DNA of 64,000 nt from Eledone cirrhosa. Taxonomy: Eukaryota. Position 1 is the first letter of the stretch, and the number at the start of each line of letters is the position of its first letter. The translations under genes were made by a program, and so were the position numbers. Positions 14,034 to 27,037 of the stretch are shown in pieces. The notes beneath the pieces are model-generated. The model did no database searches and had not been told where the DNA came from. It was given only the letters and a program-made list of their open reading frames with translations. The stretch is from contig OZ024744.1 of NCBI GenBank assembly GCA_964016885.1, positions 36,890,001 to 36,954,000 on the forward strand, written 5' to 3'.

Positions 14034-16922
14034 AGCTGCATTTATCTTGCTTTATGTTCATACGAGTTATCACCAAGTCACAACCAGTGACCTCAAGAGA
14101 CAACAAGGTCCGCCATATTCAAGAAAGAACATATATACTCATACATGCATCTTTAGGTGTTTAGACTTGTGATGTACTTATATTGACAGAATCTTCCTTA
14201 GTATATGGGCAGTTCCCATTAGTACTATCTTTTGTATTTCTCCTATACGCGGGTTTCCTGGGATTTGCGATAAGTAATCATTAGACCTCTTAGGTATCAT
14301 TCCTAGAGTGCCTACAACCACTGGTATTGTTTTAGTTCTCAATTTCCACATTTTTCCAATTTCTATCTCCAGGTCCTTATACTTGCTCAATTTTTCAAAT
14401 GTTTTTATAGATACATTCATGTCTATTGGAACGGACATATCAATTAGCAGGCATACCCTCTTTTTAAAGTCCTTCAATATTATATCAGGTCTATTTGCAT
14501 CTATTTTTCGGTCTGTTTGGATTCTAAAGTTCCACAAGATTGAGATGTGATCTTTTTCAAGTATGGGAGGTGGTTGATGCTCACACCAATTCTTTTGATG
14601 GGACAGGTCAAAATGTTTACACATTATCCAATGTATGTATTGTGCAGCTCTGTCATGCCTGTTTAGGTATTCGGTTGGAGCTATAGGACTGCACATTGAA
14701 ATTATATGGTCACTGGTCTCTGGTTGTTTTTTACATACACGGCATAATGGGCTGCATCCATTTTTTATTATGTTGGCTTGGTAATATTTTGTTGGCAGAC
14801 ACTGATCTTGTGCTGATATAATCAGTCCTTCAGTCTCCGATTTCAGTCCAGAGGATGCCAACCACTAATGGGTTAACGTTTTGTAAACATCAGGATTGTT
14901 AGCTCGTTCTGGGTATTTTCCATACAGAGGCTTTTCTTGCCATTTCTTAGCCAGTTTCTGTAGCAGTTCTTTCTTTGCAGTTACTTTTACATACTTTGCT
15001 TTTTCTGTTTTCCATTTCAGCAGTAAATGGGACTTCTGAAATTTGTAGTCCATTACTGTATCTTTGTGCATCTTTTGTAATGGAATATGATCTTTTGATG
15101 CTTTTGTGTTTCAAAACGAGTTTGATCATCCAATCATGTGATTCCCTTAGATATGTACATAATCCAATTGTTGCAGTTTTCAACGCAATGTTTAACTGAT
15201 GCATAATAGAGATGATTTAAATCAGTAATGTTTAGTTTGTTTGTGATGATAATGTTTTTGAGAATTATGTTAGTCTTGTGTATTATCTTTTGGTTCTGTT
15301 TGGAGTTCTGGATCTTAGGGAGTGTGTCTCGTTCCCCCATGTCAGATTCTTTCATTTTAATCCATTCGATCATAATTTCATCCTTCAAGTTGGCAAGTTC
15401 ATTCTCATTCATTTCTTTATCATTTACGATCTCATTATTTTCATTTTGAGTTTCATCTTGAGCATGCACTCCCTCCACTTTTCGATCCTTTTTTTAATTT
15501 GTTCTGTTGTCAGTGATTCTGCCCCAACCCTGGGATTCGAAGTGTTACTATTTACCTCGTTTTCACTGACACATGTTTCATTTTCCCTTCGCTGACTTTG
15601 TGCTAATAGCTTGATCTGATCAATTTCTATATCAGTTAGTAACTTTTTTTTTACAATATTTCTTCGTATATTGGCTAGTTTGTTACTGTCAATATAGCCT
15701 CTGTTTTCGGGATGTTTCTTTTTCCAGTTGATATATGTCTGTTCTGTATTCGATGTATTTGATGGGTAGTACATGGCAGTGTAGAAAGCCTCAAGGACTT
15801 CTTTATTATCTTCCCTTTACCATCTTTCTCTCTTTTTCTTTGAATTTCTATATATACATTGGATAATGTGTAAGCATTTTGACCTGCCCCATCAAAAGAA
15901 TTGGTGGGAGCATCAACCACCTCCCATACTTGAGAAGATCACATCTCAATCTTGTGGAACTTTAGCATCCAAACAAACCTAAAAATAGATGCAAATAGAC
16001 CTGATATAATATTGAAGGACTTTAAAAAGAGGGTATGCCTGCTAATTGATATGTCCGTTCCAATAGACAAGAATGTATCTATAAAAACATTTGAAAAATT
16101 GATAAGTATAAGGACCTGGAGATAGAAATTGGAAAAATGTGGAAATTGAGAACTAAAACAATACCAATGGTTGTAGGCGCTCTAGGAATGGTACCTAAGG
16201 GGTCTAATGATTACTTATCGCAAATCCCAGGAAACCCGCTACAGCCATATGAGCCTCGTTTACACCCTTTCTGCTCAATAGGAAATAGGTCATTTGTTAT
16301 CAGGTGGTCATATGTGTATTCAGTTAGGACTGATGTTAAAATTTTATACATTGTGGTCAAGCAAGTTATCGGTCTGTAATTTTGGGGATTGTTTGTCTCA
16401 TCATTCTTCGGAAGCAGGAATGTAATGCCGTTAATTAGCCATGATGGCATCTTTTCTGGCTCCTTAACTATTTCATTGTAAAGTTGGGCTCACAGCTCAT
16501 GAGACTGTGAAAGCATTTATCCAAAAATTTTGTATCTTGTCTTTTCCTGGGGATTTCCATTTGCTGGTGTTTCTTAGAGCCAAGCGCAACTGTTCAACTG
16601 TTATATTTTCCCCCTATTTGTTCTTCAAGGTGAGCTGTATCTCTCATTTGTCTGTCTATTCATGGGGCATGTATCTTATGAACTTTTTCTTCGGCCCAGA
16701 TCTTTTCCCAGAATTCTTGCACTTCCTCATTGGGTGGTATTGATTTAGCAGTTATTGTTGACTTACCAATTTTTCTGTAGAAGTTTCTATGGTTGTTTTT
16801 GAACATATTATTGTCCTTATATAATCTAGATCGTTTTTCAAAGCGCCTTATACGAGCAGCTTTGGCCGACACTTTTTGCTTGATTATTTCTATCAGCATG
16901 TCTATGTCACTTGTTGATTTTA
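14033..16922 (-). mobile_element. Dong family B copy, internally rearranged with an inverted segment
   Basis: 3' end and RLE at 14033-15198, N-terminal piece at ~15199-15853, inverted RLE piece on + at ~15854-16239, RT N-terminal piece (NYRPITCL) at ~16240-16922. Confidence 0.85.
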
Positions 16923-16984
16923 TATTATTATTATTATTATTATTATTACTATTATGATTATTACTATTATTATTATTATACATT

Positions 16985-17169
16985 GGCGGTGGATTGGCAG
17001 TATCGGTAGAGGGTCGGACGCCATGCTTTCCAGTATAGTTACGTCCCTTTACGATCTGAGTTCAAATCCCGCCGAGGTTGACTTTGCCTTTCATCCTTAC
17101 GGGGTCGAGAAAATAAAGTACCAGTAATTGCTGGCCTTGTGCCTAAAGTAGAAACAATTATTATTATTA

Positions 17170-17170
<1 letters not shown>
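16985..17170 (+). mobile_element. tRNA-derived SINE (octopus-type, Meta/Sauria-like central domain) with (ATT)n tail
   Basis: A box TGGCAGTATCGG at 16995, B box GAGTTCAAATCC at 17058, core GACTTTGCCTTTCATCC..GGGGTCG..AGTACCAG; multiple copies in the window. Confidence 0.85.

Positions 17171-17173
<3 letters not shown>

Positions 17174-17260
<87 letters not shown>
17174..17260. repeat. (TA)n microsatellite (one of many; others near 18118, 18230, 19200-19400, 24600, 27310, 27620, 29250-29770, 30175, 31945, 58530, 58730, 61240)
   Basis: Direct reading of the sequence. Confidence 0.97.
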
Positions 17261-17265
<5 letters not shown>

Positions 17266-18114
17266 TATTGAAGTTTGCTTGAAGCATTGTGGAATAATAA
17301 GGTAAATTTCTTTAAGTCGTTTGAAGCCTCAAAAATCCAGATGGGTAAATCTCCGGGTAACAAGATCCGGTGGTCGAGAGAGAGATGTAAATAGGTATAC
17401 GTTGAGATGCGTGGCGTGTATAAGACGTGTAGAGGAATGGAGGAAAGGGCGTAAATGATAAAAATAAAAATAACAACACGAGAAAGAGATACCTTGGGAG
17501 AGATTTAATTGTCCCTATATATTTCGGATTCACATCCATTAACAGGGATTTTTTTTACCGGAGGGGGGGGGGGGTTGTCTGTCGGAAAGGTGCGAAACCT
17601 GTTCTCCGCTGTTCGTTGTTTTGAATATCTGAGGTATTCAGCAGAGCGCGCGTGCGCGTGAAATATTGTCGGTTAGGCAGTGGTCAGCGGCCGAAGTAGT
17701 TCTTTCAATTGTGGGAGTGGGGTGGCGCTAGTTGTCAGTCCATAGTATTCTCTGCCTGTTTGGTGAATGTTACTGTGTGTGTGTGTATGCGTGTGTTGTT
17801 GTCTCGCTTGAGTGTGTATGCGTGTGTTGTTGTCTCGCTTGTGTGTGTGTGTGCGTGTGTTGCTGCATCGTTTGTTAACTTAAACCGACCACCTCATTTC
17901 GCTTCTCTCGGATCGGTTGTTTAATTGTGGCCCTAGGCGTTTGATCCAAAGTGGTTCCTTGATACGTAATGTGCCGACGTTTCTTTCTGTGGCTAGAATT
18001 GTGACAATGGGCCTTCCGTCTTCGTTTCCGCATTTGGCTATGTGTTTCCGGAAAGACGAGACCCTAGTGTTAGTGTGGTCCTTGATCCGGATGTGCAACG
18101 GCCGGATTGTGCTA

Positions 18115-18117
<3 letters not shown>
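17261..18117 (-). mobile_element. Penelope-like element 3' fragment (GIY-YIG C-terminus plus 3' region) inside (TA)n
   Basis: (Y)[33 protein letters not shown] at 17880-18117; degenerate hammerhead on the same strand at 17511-17549. Confidence 0.75.
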
Positions 18118-18159
<42 letters not shown>

Positions 18160-18223
18160 GTACATATATTCATATAAAGATAGATATATATTACAAATAC
18201 ACTCACATACCAACACATGCACC

Positions 18224-18287
<64 letters not shown>

Positions 18288-18344
18288 TCTTGAGTGTTTG
18301 AGAAACATTCAATTAGGTCAGTCCTATATACAGAGCGTATAGAA

Positions 18345-18802
18345 GAAAGGTATTAGTTGATTTATTTATTATTTAACAATGGCATTTATTTTTCTATTTA
18401 TATATTATATTTTCTTCCACATTGACTTTTTATGCTTTACATTATGCACGTTTATTTTCTGTTTTCTTTTTTCTTTTCACTTCATAAACCTTATTTGTAA
18501 ATAACATTATTCTTTCTGCACCTTTTCATTAACATGTGCGACACCACACTAATACATTCACTATCATTTGATAATGCCTAAAAATGCTGAAACCGGTAAT
18601 AGACAATAATTAAATATATAAATAAATAAATAAATAAATGCCATTGTTAAATAATAAGTTAATCAAATAATACCTTAACACTTGACACAAAGTAAGACAT
18701 GTTGTTTTAATCATTTTCTAACCCAGAAAATAGAGAGAGAGAAACAAAAAAGGAAAAAAATATATTTTTCTTCCTAATAATCGTCTCTTTCTGCCTGTTT
18801 TC
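18345..18802 (+). mobile_element. PLE pseudo-LTR-like repeat with degenerate hammerhead and short inverted 5' piece
   Basis: Homologous to 61690-62240. TTGATAA-T-GCCT-AAAA-ATGC-T-GAAACCGGTA at 18568-18598. 18347-18405 is the reverse complement of ~18612-18675. Confidence 0.6.
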
Positions 18803-18973
18803 ATATATATATATATATCTGTGTATATAAATATATAATATATATTATATATATATATATATACATATACATATTCATTCACATTTGCACACGGTTATAT
18901 ACATGTACATAGACATAGATAAAAACATATATAAATTCATGTATAAGTATGTATGTATATATATATATATAAT

Positions 18974-19110
18974 ATTTGTTTCTACTTTAGGCACAAGGCC
19001 AGCAATTACCCAGTGCATTACTGGTACTTTATTTTATCGACCCCGTAAGGATGAAAGGCAAAGTCAACCTCGGCGGGATTTGAACTCAGATCATAAAGGG
19101 ACGTAACTAT
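18974..19110 (-). mobile_element. SINE copy, 5'-truncated
   Basis: Reverse complement of 17035-17156. Confidence 0.85.
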
Positions 19111-19130
19111 AATATTAAATATAGAAATGG

Positions 19131-19174
19131 CTTCTACAGCACTAGAACTGTTTCATCCGAAGGAAATCATGAGG
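19131..19174 (-). ncRNA. Degenerate hammerhead ribozyme (same family as 27481)
   Basis: CTCATGA-tttccttcggat-GAAACAG-ttctagtg-CTGTA; the core G is mutated to C. Confidence 0.5.
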
Positions 19175-19232
19175 TAAGAACCTGTATATGTATATGTTTG
19201 TATGTATATATGTATATATAAATATATGTATT

Positions 19233-19326
<94 letters not shown>

Positions 19327-19327
19327 C

Positions 19328-19401
<74 letters not shown>

Positions 19402-19464
19402 CATATATACGCATATGCGTATATATATACATATCAATCTATCCATCTATCCATCTATCTATAT

Positions 19465-22400
19465 AAAACAAACACCCACAATACCACAATCACAAACCCC
19501 AACCACAAAAAGAAAACTACAAATAGAAACAGCACACATAAAAAGCAAAACACATTACACATACATATAAACAACAAACAAATAATTGGTAGAAACTGTC
19601 CGAAAGGACCCTACTATCCAAACGAAAGGGAAAACGTTCCCCACCAACGAACCACCCCAAACCTCAAACTGATCAGGGTAACAACCCTACAACATGAAAC
19701 ATTGAAAAGGACCTTCCCACATGATGTGGGCCCTCCTTGCCAAAAACCCCTTAACCGTGTCCTGCTAAAAGGATTCCCTCCCTCCCCAAACACCGCCAAT
19801 CTGGACATGGAGATCGAACAACCCAACATTCAGGAAACGAAAATGTAAGTGTTCCTGCCTTTTCTCTCCCTAACTCTTCTGCACCAACATGGCGATTATA
19901 CAAGTTGGATGTTTGAATATACGTGGCCTGGGCATGCCCTGGAAACAGGGCCAGCTTTTAAATGATCCTGGTCACATTGTATAGATGTGATAGCCATCAC
20001 CGGGTCCAGGATTCACGACAAGCAGCAGCTAACCCCCATGTTCGATGATTTTGAGATCTACGCATCTGTCTGTCAGCCAGGAGGTGGAGGGGGAGTTGCT
20101 GTTCTGTTTCGAAAAACTTGGATCTCAAAGCACAAACGATTCACTTGGACCCGGAGGGCAGCTTGATGGTCCTGAACGTGAATGGTATTGAAGGTGGAGC
20201 TTTCAGACTGGTGGCTGTATATACCCCAACAGGGACATCGCGACCAGAGTCCTTTAAGCGTTTGGAGCCATTCCTGGGAGTGTCTCGTTCCTTAGTGATA
20301 GCGGGGGACTGGAATGGCATCTTAGATGCACGTTGGGACTATGTAGGAGCTTGTGACAATAGAGGGGGGTGTAATAGCCTCAAAAATCTCATCAGCCAAT
20401 TCCAACTGGCTGATAGATATCGACTAGACTTCCCAAGTGTACCACTGTGGACGTGGTGCAACCGCACTGGGTCTTCTAGATCGTATTTAGATAGATTTTT
20501 AATTTGACAGAATGATAAGGAAACATTAAGCTGTCCACAAATGTACATGGTTGCCTATTCAGACCACAAATTAGTCACTTGCGTATTCAACCTTGATAGA
20601 ACACATAGACAGAGACCCGGATACTGGAAGCTAAACATCTCGCTCCCGGCGCGTAAGGCCTACAGTAAACAGATTAGCACCTTAGTTAAGTGCCAGTTGA
20701 TGGGGGCGATCGTCAACAACAGGTGGTGGAGCTCTCTCAAGAGAGCAATTAGAATAGAATCGATGGTATTTAGCAAGGAAGTAGCTTTAGAAAAAACAAA
20801 ACTGAAAAGGAACTGGTAGCTAAAGTAGAAGAGGCACTTAGGAATAGCAGTACAGCTGACGTACTAGCGGCGAGAACGGCTCTAGACCAGTTCTTCAACG
20901 TGAAACACGAAGGTTGTATTGTCAGAAGTAGAACACGTGCTCTAAGAAACGAGGGAGCCAAAGCTGTTAGCTGGGCCCGAGTGGCAGAGGCGAAAAGTGG
21001 CAACAAATGCACAATTTGGTCTTTGCAAGACAAAGATGGACGCAGTCTACTTGAATCCAAGCAGATGTGCACGACCTTCCAGCAGCATCTTGCACAACCG
21101 TTCGGGCGAAGCGGTACGTCAACGGAGGTGATGGACATCAGCTCCTACCTCGACGACGTACCACGACTCTTGAGCACGGATGCAGAGAGCTACGAAAGGC
21201 CGATCACAGCGGGCGAAATAGAAGATGCCCTAAGCCGCTGCGGGAAACGCAAATCACCCGGTTTAGATGGACTACCCTATGAGTTTTACATAGGCATGCC
21301 AGACTTGTTCTCTGGCGTCCTCGAAACGGTCTACTGCGACTGGAGAAGAACGGGATGATTCCCAGTTCTGTAGGCAGAGGCGTAGTAACGCTGATCAGGA
21401 AAGATGAAAACAAGGGGGATGAGATAAGCAATTTTAGGCCCATAACTCTGCTCAAAACAGAGTTAAAGATTTTGGCTAAGGTGTTAACAGCAAGGCTGGC
21501 GCTTGTCGTCGAGAACCTGGTAGGAGAAGCGCAAACGTGTGCAATCCCGACCAGGTTCATACATGACAACCTTCATCTCATGCGATACATCATAGAGAGG
21601 GTAGGGTGTAAACCTGGCTTCGGTGGGACTCTGATCAATTTAGATCAGTCTAAGGCATTTGATAGGGTCGACCATCAGTACTTGGAAGCGGTTCTCAAGG
21701 CGGCCGGCTTCGGTCCCGTCTTCAGAGGCTGGATCGCTGCCATGCACACCAGCATCTGCTCGGCAGTCAAGGTGAATGGCTACCTATCGGAGCTAATCTA
21801 AAATCATGCGTTCCATCCGTCAGGGGTGCCCTCTCTCCTCCATTCTGTATGTACTGACTCTCGAGCCATTAATGCGGAAGTTGGAGCTGTTGCAGGGCAT
21901 CCCGATCGAACCAGGACTAAGGAAAGCAACTTCGGCCCATGCCGACGACATGACCGTAATTGTGTCGAAAACCTCGGACAACGGGGTAATCGGCAACTCA
22001 ACCTATTACAGGAATACGAAACGTTGACAGGAGCAAGACTAAACCCAAACAAATATGTCGATTTCCATCTCGGCACATGGAGAGGCAAACCCAGACGCTG
22101 GACGGAAGGATCGGTAAAATTGCTCGGAGTCTGGTTTGGTCCAGACCTCCAGGTGGACAAGAACTGGAACGAGGTCACGGCGAAGCTGTTTGCACTCACT
22201 CAGAAGTGGGCTGAGTGCAAACTCTGCTTGAAAGGTCGAGCGGAGGTAGCGAACACTTACATAGCGTCCGTCATCTACTACCGCTTGACAGCCGTGCCCT
22301 GTCCCCGCGAACACCTCACCAAAATGGAACGCCTACGCTTCAAGTTCCTCTGGAAGAAACAGGCTCCATTGGTGAGGAGTTCCATCTGCTATCAACACCC

Positions 22401-23570
22401 TTCTAACGAAGGGCAGGGCATACCGAGGCTGATGATGCTCAAACACGCACTGAGGCTACGCCATCTCCAGGTATTCCTGACCGGCGAACCGGTGTGGCTG
22501 TCGTTTGTGAGACGAGCTCTTCCACAACTCGTCTCACTAACAGACTTGCAGTCCTGGGTCAAGCGAAGACCGAAAATGGGCGCCTGGCACCTCAAGTGCC
22601 TTCAGGCGCTCACAGCCCTCTGCCAAGCGGAAACGGCAGTCAGCGGAGACTCCACCTCGACATTCTATAGGGGATTAGTGGAGAACAATTGCGACGACGT
22701 TCTCGGGAAAAATCTAGGCATCGAGGAAGACGAACTGACCAGTCTGTTCGGGATGATTTTCCGTCCAGGGCCTATGGATAGCTTCCAGCGGTCTCTGGGC
22801 TGGCAATACTACCGAGGAGCTCTACTAGTTCGAGACAAAATCTACATGCACGGATGCCCTGGCAGAGATCCTGCCAAAAGGACCTGTCCAAGATGCGAGC
22901 AGGACATCGAAACAGTTCTGCACTCAATTGTTCAGTGCCCAGGGGTGACCGACCTGTAGAATTATGTCGAACAGCTACTGTCACATGTAGGACGCATCCA
23001 GTTGTCAGCCGAGTCCATCGTGAGGATCAATCTGCCGCCTTCATTTAAGAATGAAGGAGAGGCGGTCTACCTCTGTCCGGTGGCTATGACGAAAGAGGTA
23101 ATATGCTGGACGAGGTTAAAAGGACTGAGGGCAAACACCTTTTTCTCCGGACAACAACTCATCCCATTCTTTAAGTACCACTTCAGAAGAAAGGGGAGAG
23201 TGGAGAGAGAGGTTCTATACCCCAGTACATTCGCTGAAAGGTGGGTGAATGTGGCGAAAATGGCCCGAGTGAATGGGCCTTCTCTGTATATAAACATGTT
23301 GGTTGAGGAAGATAAACCGAGGGAAGACAGGAACGCCTACAAAACATGTTCCTGGTGTTGAGGGTTGTTCTATCCACGGGGTGTAAAACAACCACGCTGT
23401 AGCGTTACACCCCCCCCCCCACACACACACACACAATGGGGATTTCAATTGTTTTATTTTTATATAGTTTATTGTTATTTATCATTGTTAAAGATTTTAT
23501 GTAAAACCCCCGCCGTCACGTCTTGTAATCTCCCATTTTTGTACGCCCCTGTGGCAAATAAAGAAAGATA
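19465..23570 (+). mobile_element. Tx1/L1-clade element (copy B), 5'-truncated in ORF1, degenerate ORF2
   Basis: ATG at 19889 gives MAIIQVGCLNIRGL. Also GDWN, SYLDR, SDH, GYWKLN, KSPGLDGLPYEFY, QGCPLS, HADD and CPRC..ETV.H. Terminal CCCCTGTGGCAAATAAAGAAAG. Confidence 0.88.
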
Positions 23571-23944
23571 TCTATTACTCGCGTACACCACACACATACA
23601 TACACATACACAGACACACACGTATACAAGCACACACACATTCACAAGCGACAATCTGACACACACTCGAATATATTTTTAAAAGCTGTATATGTTAATA
23701 AAATATTTTTTTAATATATATTTAAATTAATATGGAATATAATAAACAAAAATGGCTGCTATAGAAAAGTACTTACCACCAAAGTAACAAGTCAGCGTAA
23801 AGAAATATTTTCTATCGCTGCTCAAATAAATCTCATTTTCTCAATTAAAATCCTACGCATATAGGTTTGTATAAATGCTTTTCTATGCAGAAGAAAGAAC
23901 TTGTAAAAACGAAAAAAATTAAATTGACTCCCACATTTTCATTC

Positions 23945-24260
23945 ACACTTATATACATGCATACGTATATACATACCTAGATGTATACATACATACACAC
24001 ATACGTACATACATACATACATATATACATATAAATATAATACATTCATATATACATACATGCATACATACATGTATATATATACATTCATATATACATA
24101 TATACATACATATATACATACATAAATAGATACATTCAAATATACATACATATATATAAATACAATCGTATATACATGCATAAATACATACATACATAGA
24201 TACATTCATATATGCATACATACGTACATGCATACACACATACGTACATACAAACATACA

Positions 24261-24294
<34 letters not shown>

Positions 24295-24400
24295 CATACA
24301 TAAATAAAACATACATACATACATTCATATATACATACATACGTACATACATATATTCACATATACATACACTCTCACGTATCTATATGCGCGTATATAT
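23945..24400. repeat. (TACA)n/(TA)n degenerate microsatellite
   Basis: Direct reading of the sequence. Confidence 0.9.
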
Positions 24401-24598
24401 ATGTGTAGGTTCTATATGACTTCATGCACGTATATATGCATTCATTCTTTTAACCGGGTATACATACACACACCAGTTCACATATATTTAAACCTAAATA
24501 TTCGTTCAGAAACATAATATATGATTATAAATAAATGGATTGCACGACGTACGTAAGTCGATATATCTGTCGTATATAACGTATATACGTATATACGG

Positions 24599-24657
<59 letters not shown>

Positions 24658-25018
24658 CGTATATAGATAAATACGTATATAACAAGCGCTCACACATACC
24701 TACATGTAAATACACAAATGTTTGGAAGAACGTCAACCAAAACACGTAGTACACATATACACACACCCTACATACGTACGAACCCACATAATCACACAGA
24801 CGCAAAACTCACGAGCACACATAACCAAAAGCATATGTACCAGAATATATAAAATATACGCCATAACATATACAATCAAATATACGTTCGAGAAAGTATA
24901 CGTACCTTCACAAAACATACAGGTAATATATACTTACCTATACAAATAAGTAATGGTATAAACATAACATATACTTAGCTCCCACATCAAGACGTAAAAT
25001 ATCCACGTATAGATCGTA

Positions 25019-26177
25019 CTATCCGTTAGGGTATAATGTGGGGCTGTAATACAGGAAAGTTTTGTGCAATTTATGTTTACAAGCCGAAATTGCCTCAGAT
25101 TTTTTGTTTAAGATGTGGTCTGTGGCGTAGAGTATTTCCAGGGCCTCAGCGGCGCAGAGGTCACATGGTCTTTTATTTCCGTTATACGATCTAGCCCTTG
25201 CTAGGATCTCCCAGTGTAACTTATATTGGGTGTGGTTTTCTGTTAGACTCCAGATATAAGCTGAAAGTGACGTCATATTCCTTCTTAGAGGGTAACGAAA
25301 AGAATGGGTATGCATGTAAAGACGGTGCTTGAATCTATTGGCGGTTAACCCTATATAGGCCCTACGGGATGTGGGTGTTTCAACCTTACATTTGTAGACA
25401 ATGTTACTAGAGAGGCATTTCCCGGATAGGGGGCAGTCAACCGGATTCCTACAATTACAGTTAGTACTAACTACAGGGTTGCACGTGTTCCTACGGCTAG
25501 GTAGTTTAGCTAAATTTGAAGCTGTGATGTTATGTGCAAGGTTAGGAGTCGTAGAGTAAGACATTTTAATAGTATTTCTATTAAAAATTTTACTATATTT
25601 ATGTGTAGGGGGAAAAAGCTTCGTAATAAGGGAGAGAAAGATCTTAGCTAAAGGTGTGGCCACATCCATGTTATATGGTGGGTTATACCAAATAATGCGA
25701 CGGGATCTATTTCTTCTAGGGCTATTTTCGACTCTGTATATACTACCTTATGGACAAATCCACTGCGAGCAAGAGCTTCATTGTAATATGTGGAATGGTC
25801 GTTGAAAATATGCTCGTTAGTAGATAGACGGGAAAGCCTCAAAGAAACGTTTCTTACCAGATTCTTGGTTATGCTGGCAGGATGGTTGGAATGCTTACTT
25901 ATGTAATTAAGCGTATCATTCGGCTTTCTATACGAGTAATATAAGCCATTCGATAAATTGAGGGTAACGTCGAGGTAATTAACGACCGAGTGGTTGGCCT
26001 CAACCTGTATAGAGAGGTTGAAGCCTTTTCCTTCTTTTCTCTATCAAGGACCAATTCCCCAATGTGGGCGGTGGTTTGTACCGTGAGGATTGTCTTTTGA
26101 CCATGACTAAGTGCGGCCCACGTGCTTGCGACAGGTTCAGAAAAGAACTCACAGCCTTCTTTAAAGGCTTCAACCTC
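25019..26177 (-). mobile_element. Penelope-like element RT C-half plus GIY-YIG (possibly Nematis-type), with inverted 5' RT piece
   Basis: VNYLDVTL..YRKPN..SNHP thumb; CNCR..CPL.G.CL..IVY..YIGLT..FK.R..H GIY-YIG. 26040-26177 on + encodes GGGLYREDCLL (YRDD-like). Confidence 0.88.
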
Positions 26178-26554
26178 CTGCCAGATGGTTGAACGTCTGA
26201 AGGTGTATACTTTCCTTATGCATATTAACGGCTGGGCAGCCTAATTTGCATATCGAGTGAGTTATTCGGCCGGGTGTACCGAAAACTATAAACGGAAAAA
26301 ATGAAACGAAATTTCATTTCTCACTCTTAGTACGGCTGTTACTTAAATATAAGTATGTATACGTTCATACATATATGTATAAAGACGTACAGTTGTATGT
26401 ATATATATATACATACATGCACACATATATATATGTACGTATGGATTCACCAAACATTTATTATAATGCTCGGTGTGTTTGTAAACAAACATCCCGTATT
26501 AAGCCGTAGTGTCTAGCAACCATCGTTGCTCGTTTGTTCAACACTGACAAAGGA

Positions 26555-26597
26555 ACGCTGTACTAGTTTTAAGCTTATTAGCTATCGTCAGCAACGT
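26555..26597 (-). ncRNA. Minimal type I hammerhead ribozyme (GAAA mutated to AAAA)
   Basis: acgttg-CTGACGA-t-agct-aata-agct-t-AAAAC-TA-GTA-cagcgt. Confidence 0.65.
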
Positions 26598-26994
26598 ATA
26601 CCTTCCTGCCAGATGGTTGAACGTCTGAAAGTATATACTTTCCTTATGCATATTAACGGCTGAGCAGCCTAATTTGCATATCGAGTGAGTTAATCGGCCG
26701 GGGTTACCGAAAACGATAAACGGAAAAAATGAAACGAAATTTCATTTCTCACTCTTAGTACGGCTGTTACTTAAATATAAGTATGTATACGTACATACAT
26801 ATATGTATACAGACGTACAGTAGTATGTATATATATATATATATACATACATGCACACATATATATATGTACGTATGGATTCACCGAACATTTATTATAA
26901 TGCTCGGTGTGTTTGTAAACAAACATCCCGAATTATTAATATGCATAAGGAAAGTATATACTTTCAGACGTTCAACCATTTGGCAAGAAGGTAT

Positions 26995-27037
26995 ACGTTG
27001 CTGACGATAGCTAATAAGCTTGAAACTAGCACAGCGT
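26995..27037 (+). ncRNA. Minimal type I hammerhead ribozyme (cleavage triplet GTA mutated to GCA)
   Basis: acgttg-CTGACGA-t-agct-aata-agct-t-GAAAC-TA-GCA-cagcgt. Confidence 0.7.

Noticed and set aside
16985-17070. tRNA gene
   Set aside because: A and B boxes belong to a multi-copy SINE head; no complete cloverleaf.
17039-19570. ORFs of YI/IY, ER, LS, poly-L, poly-N or KKEK repeats here and at 23.9-24.9, 29.3-30.3, 52.0-52.4 and 61.1-61.9 kb
   Set aside because: They are translations of microsatellites, not genes.
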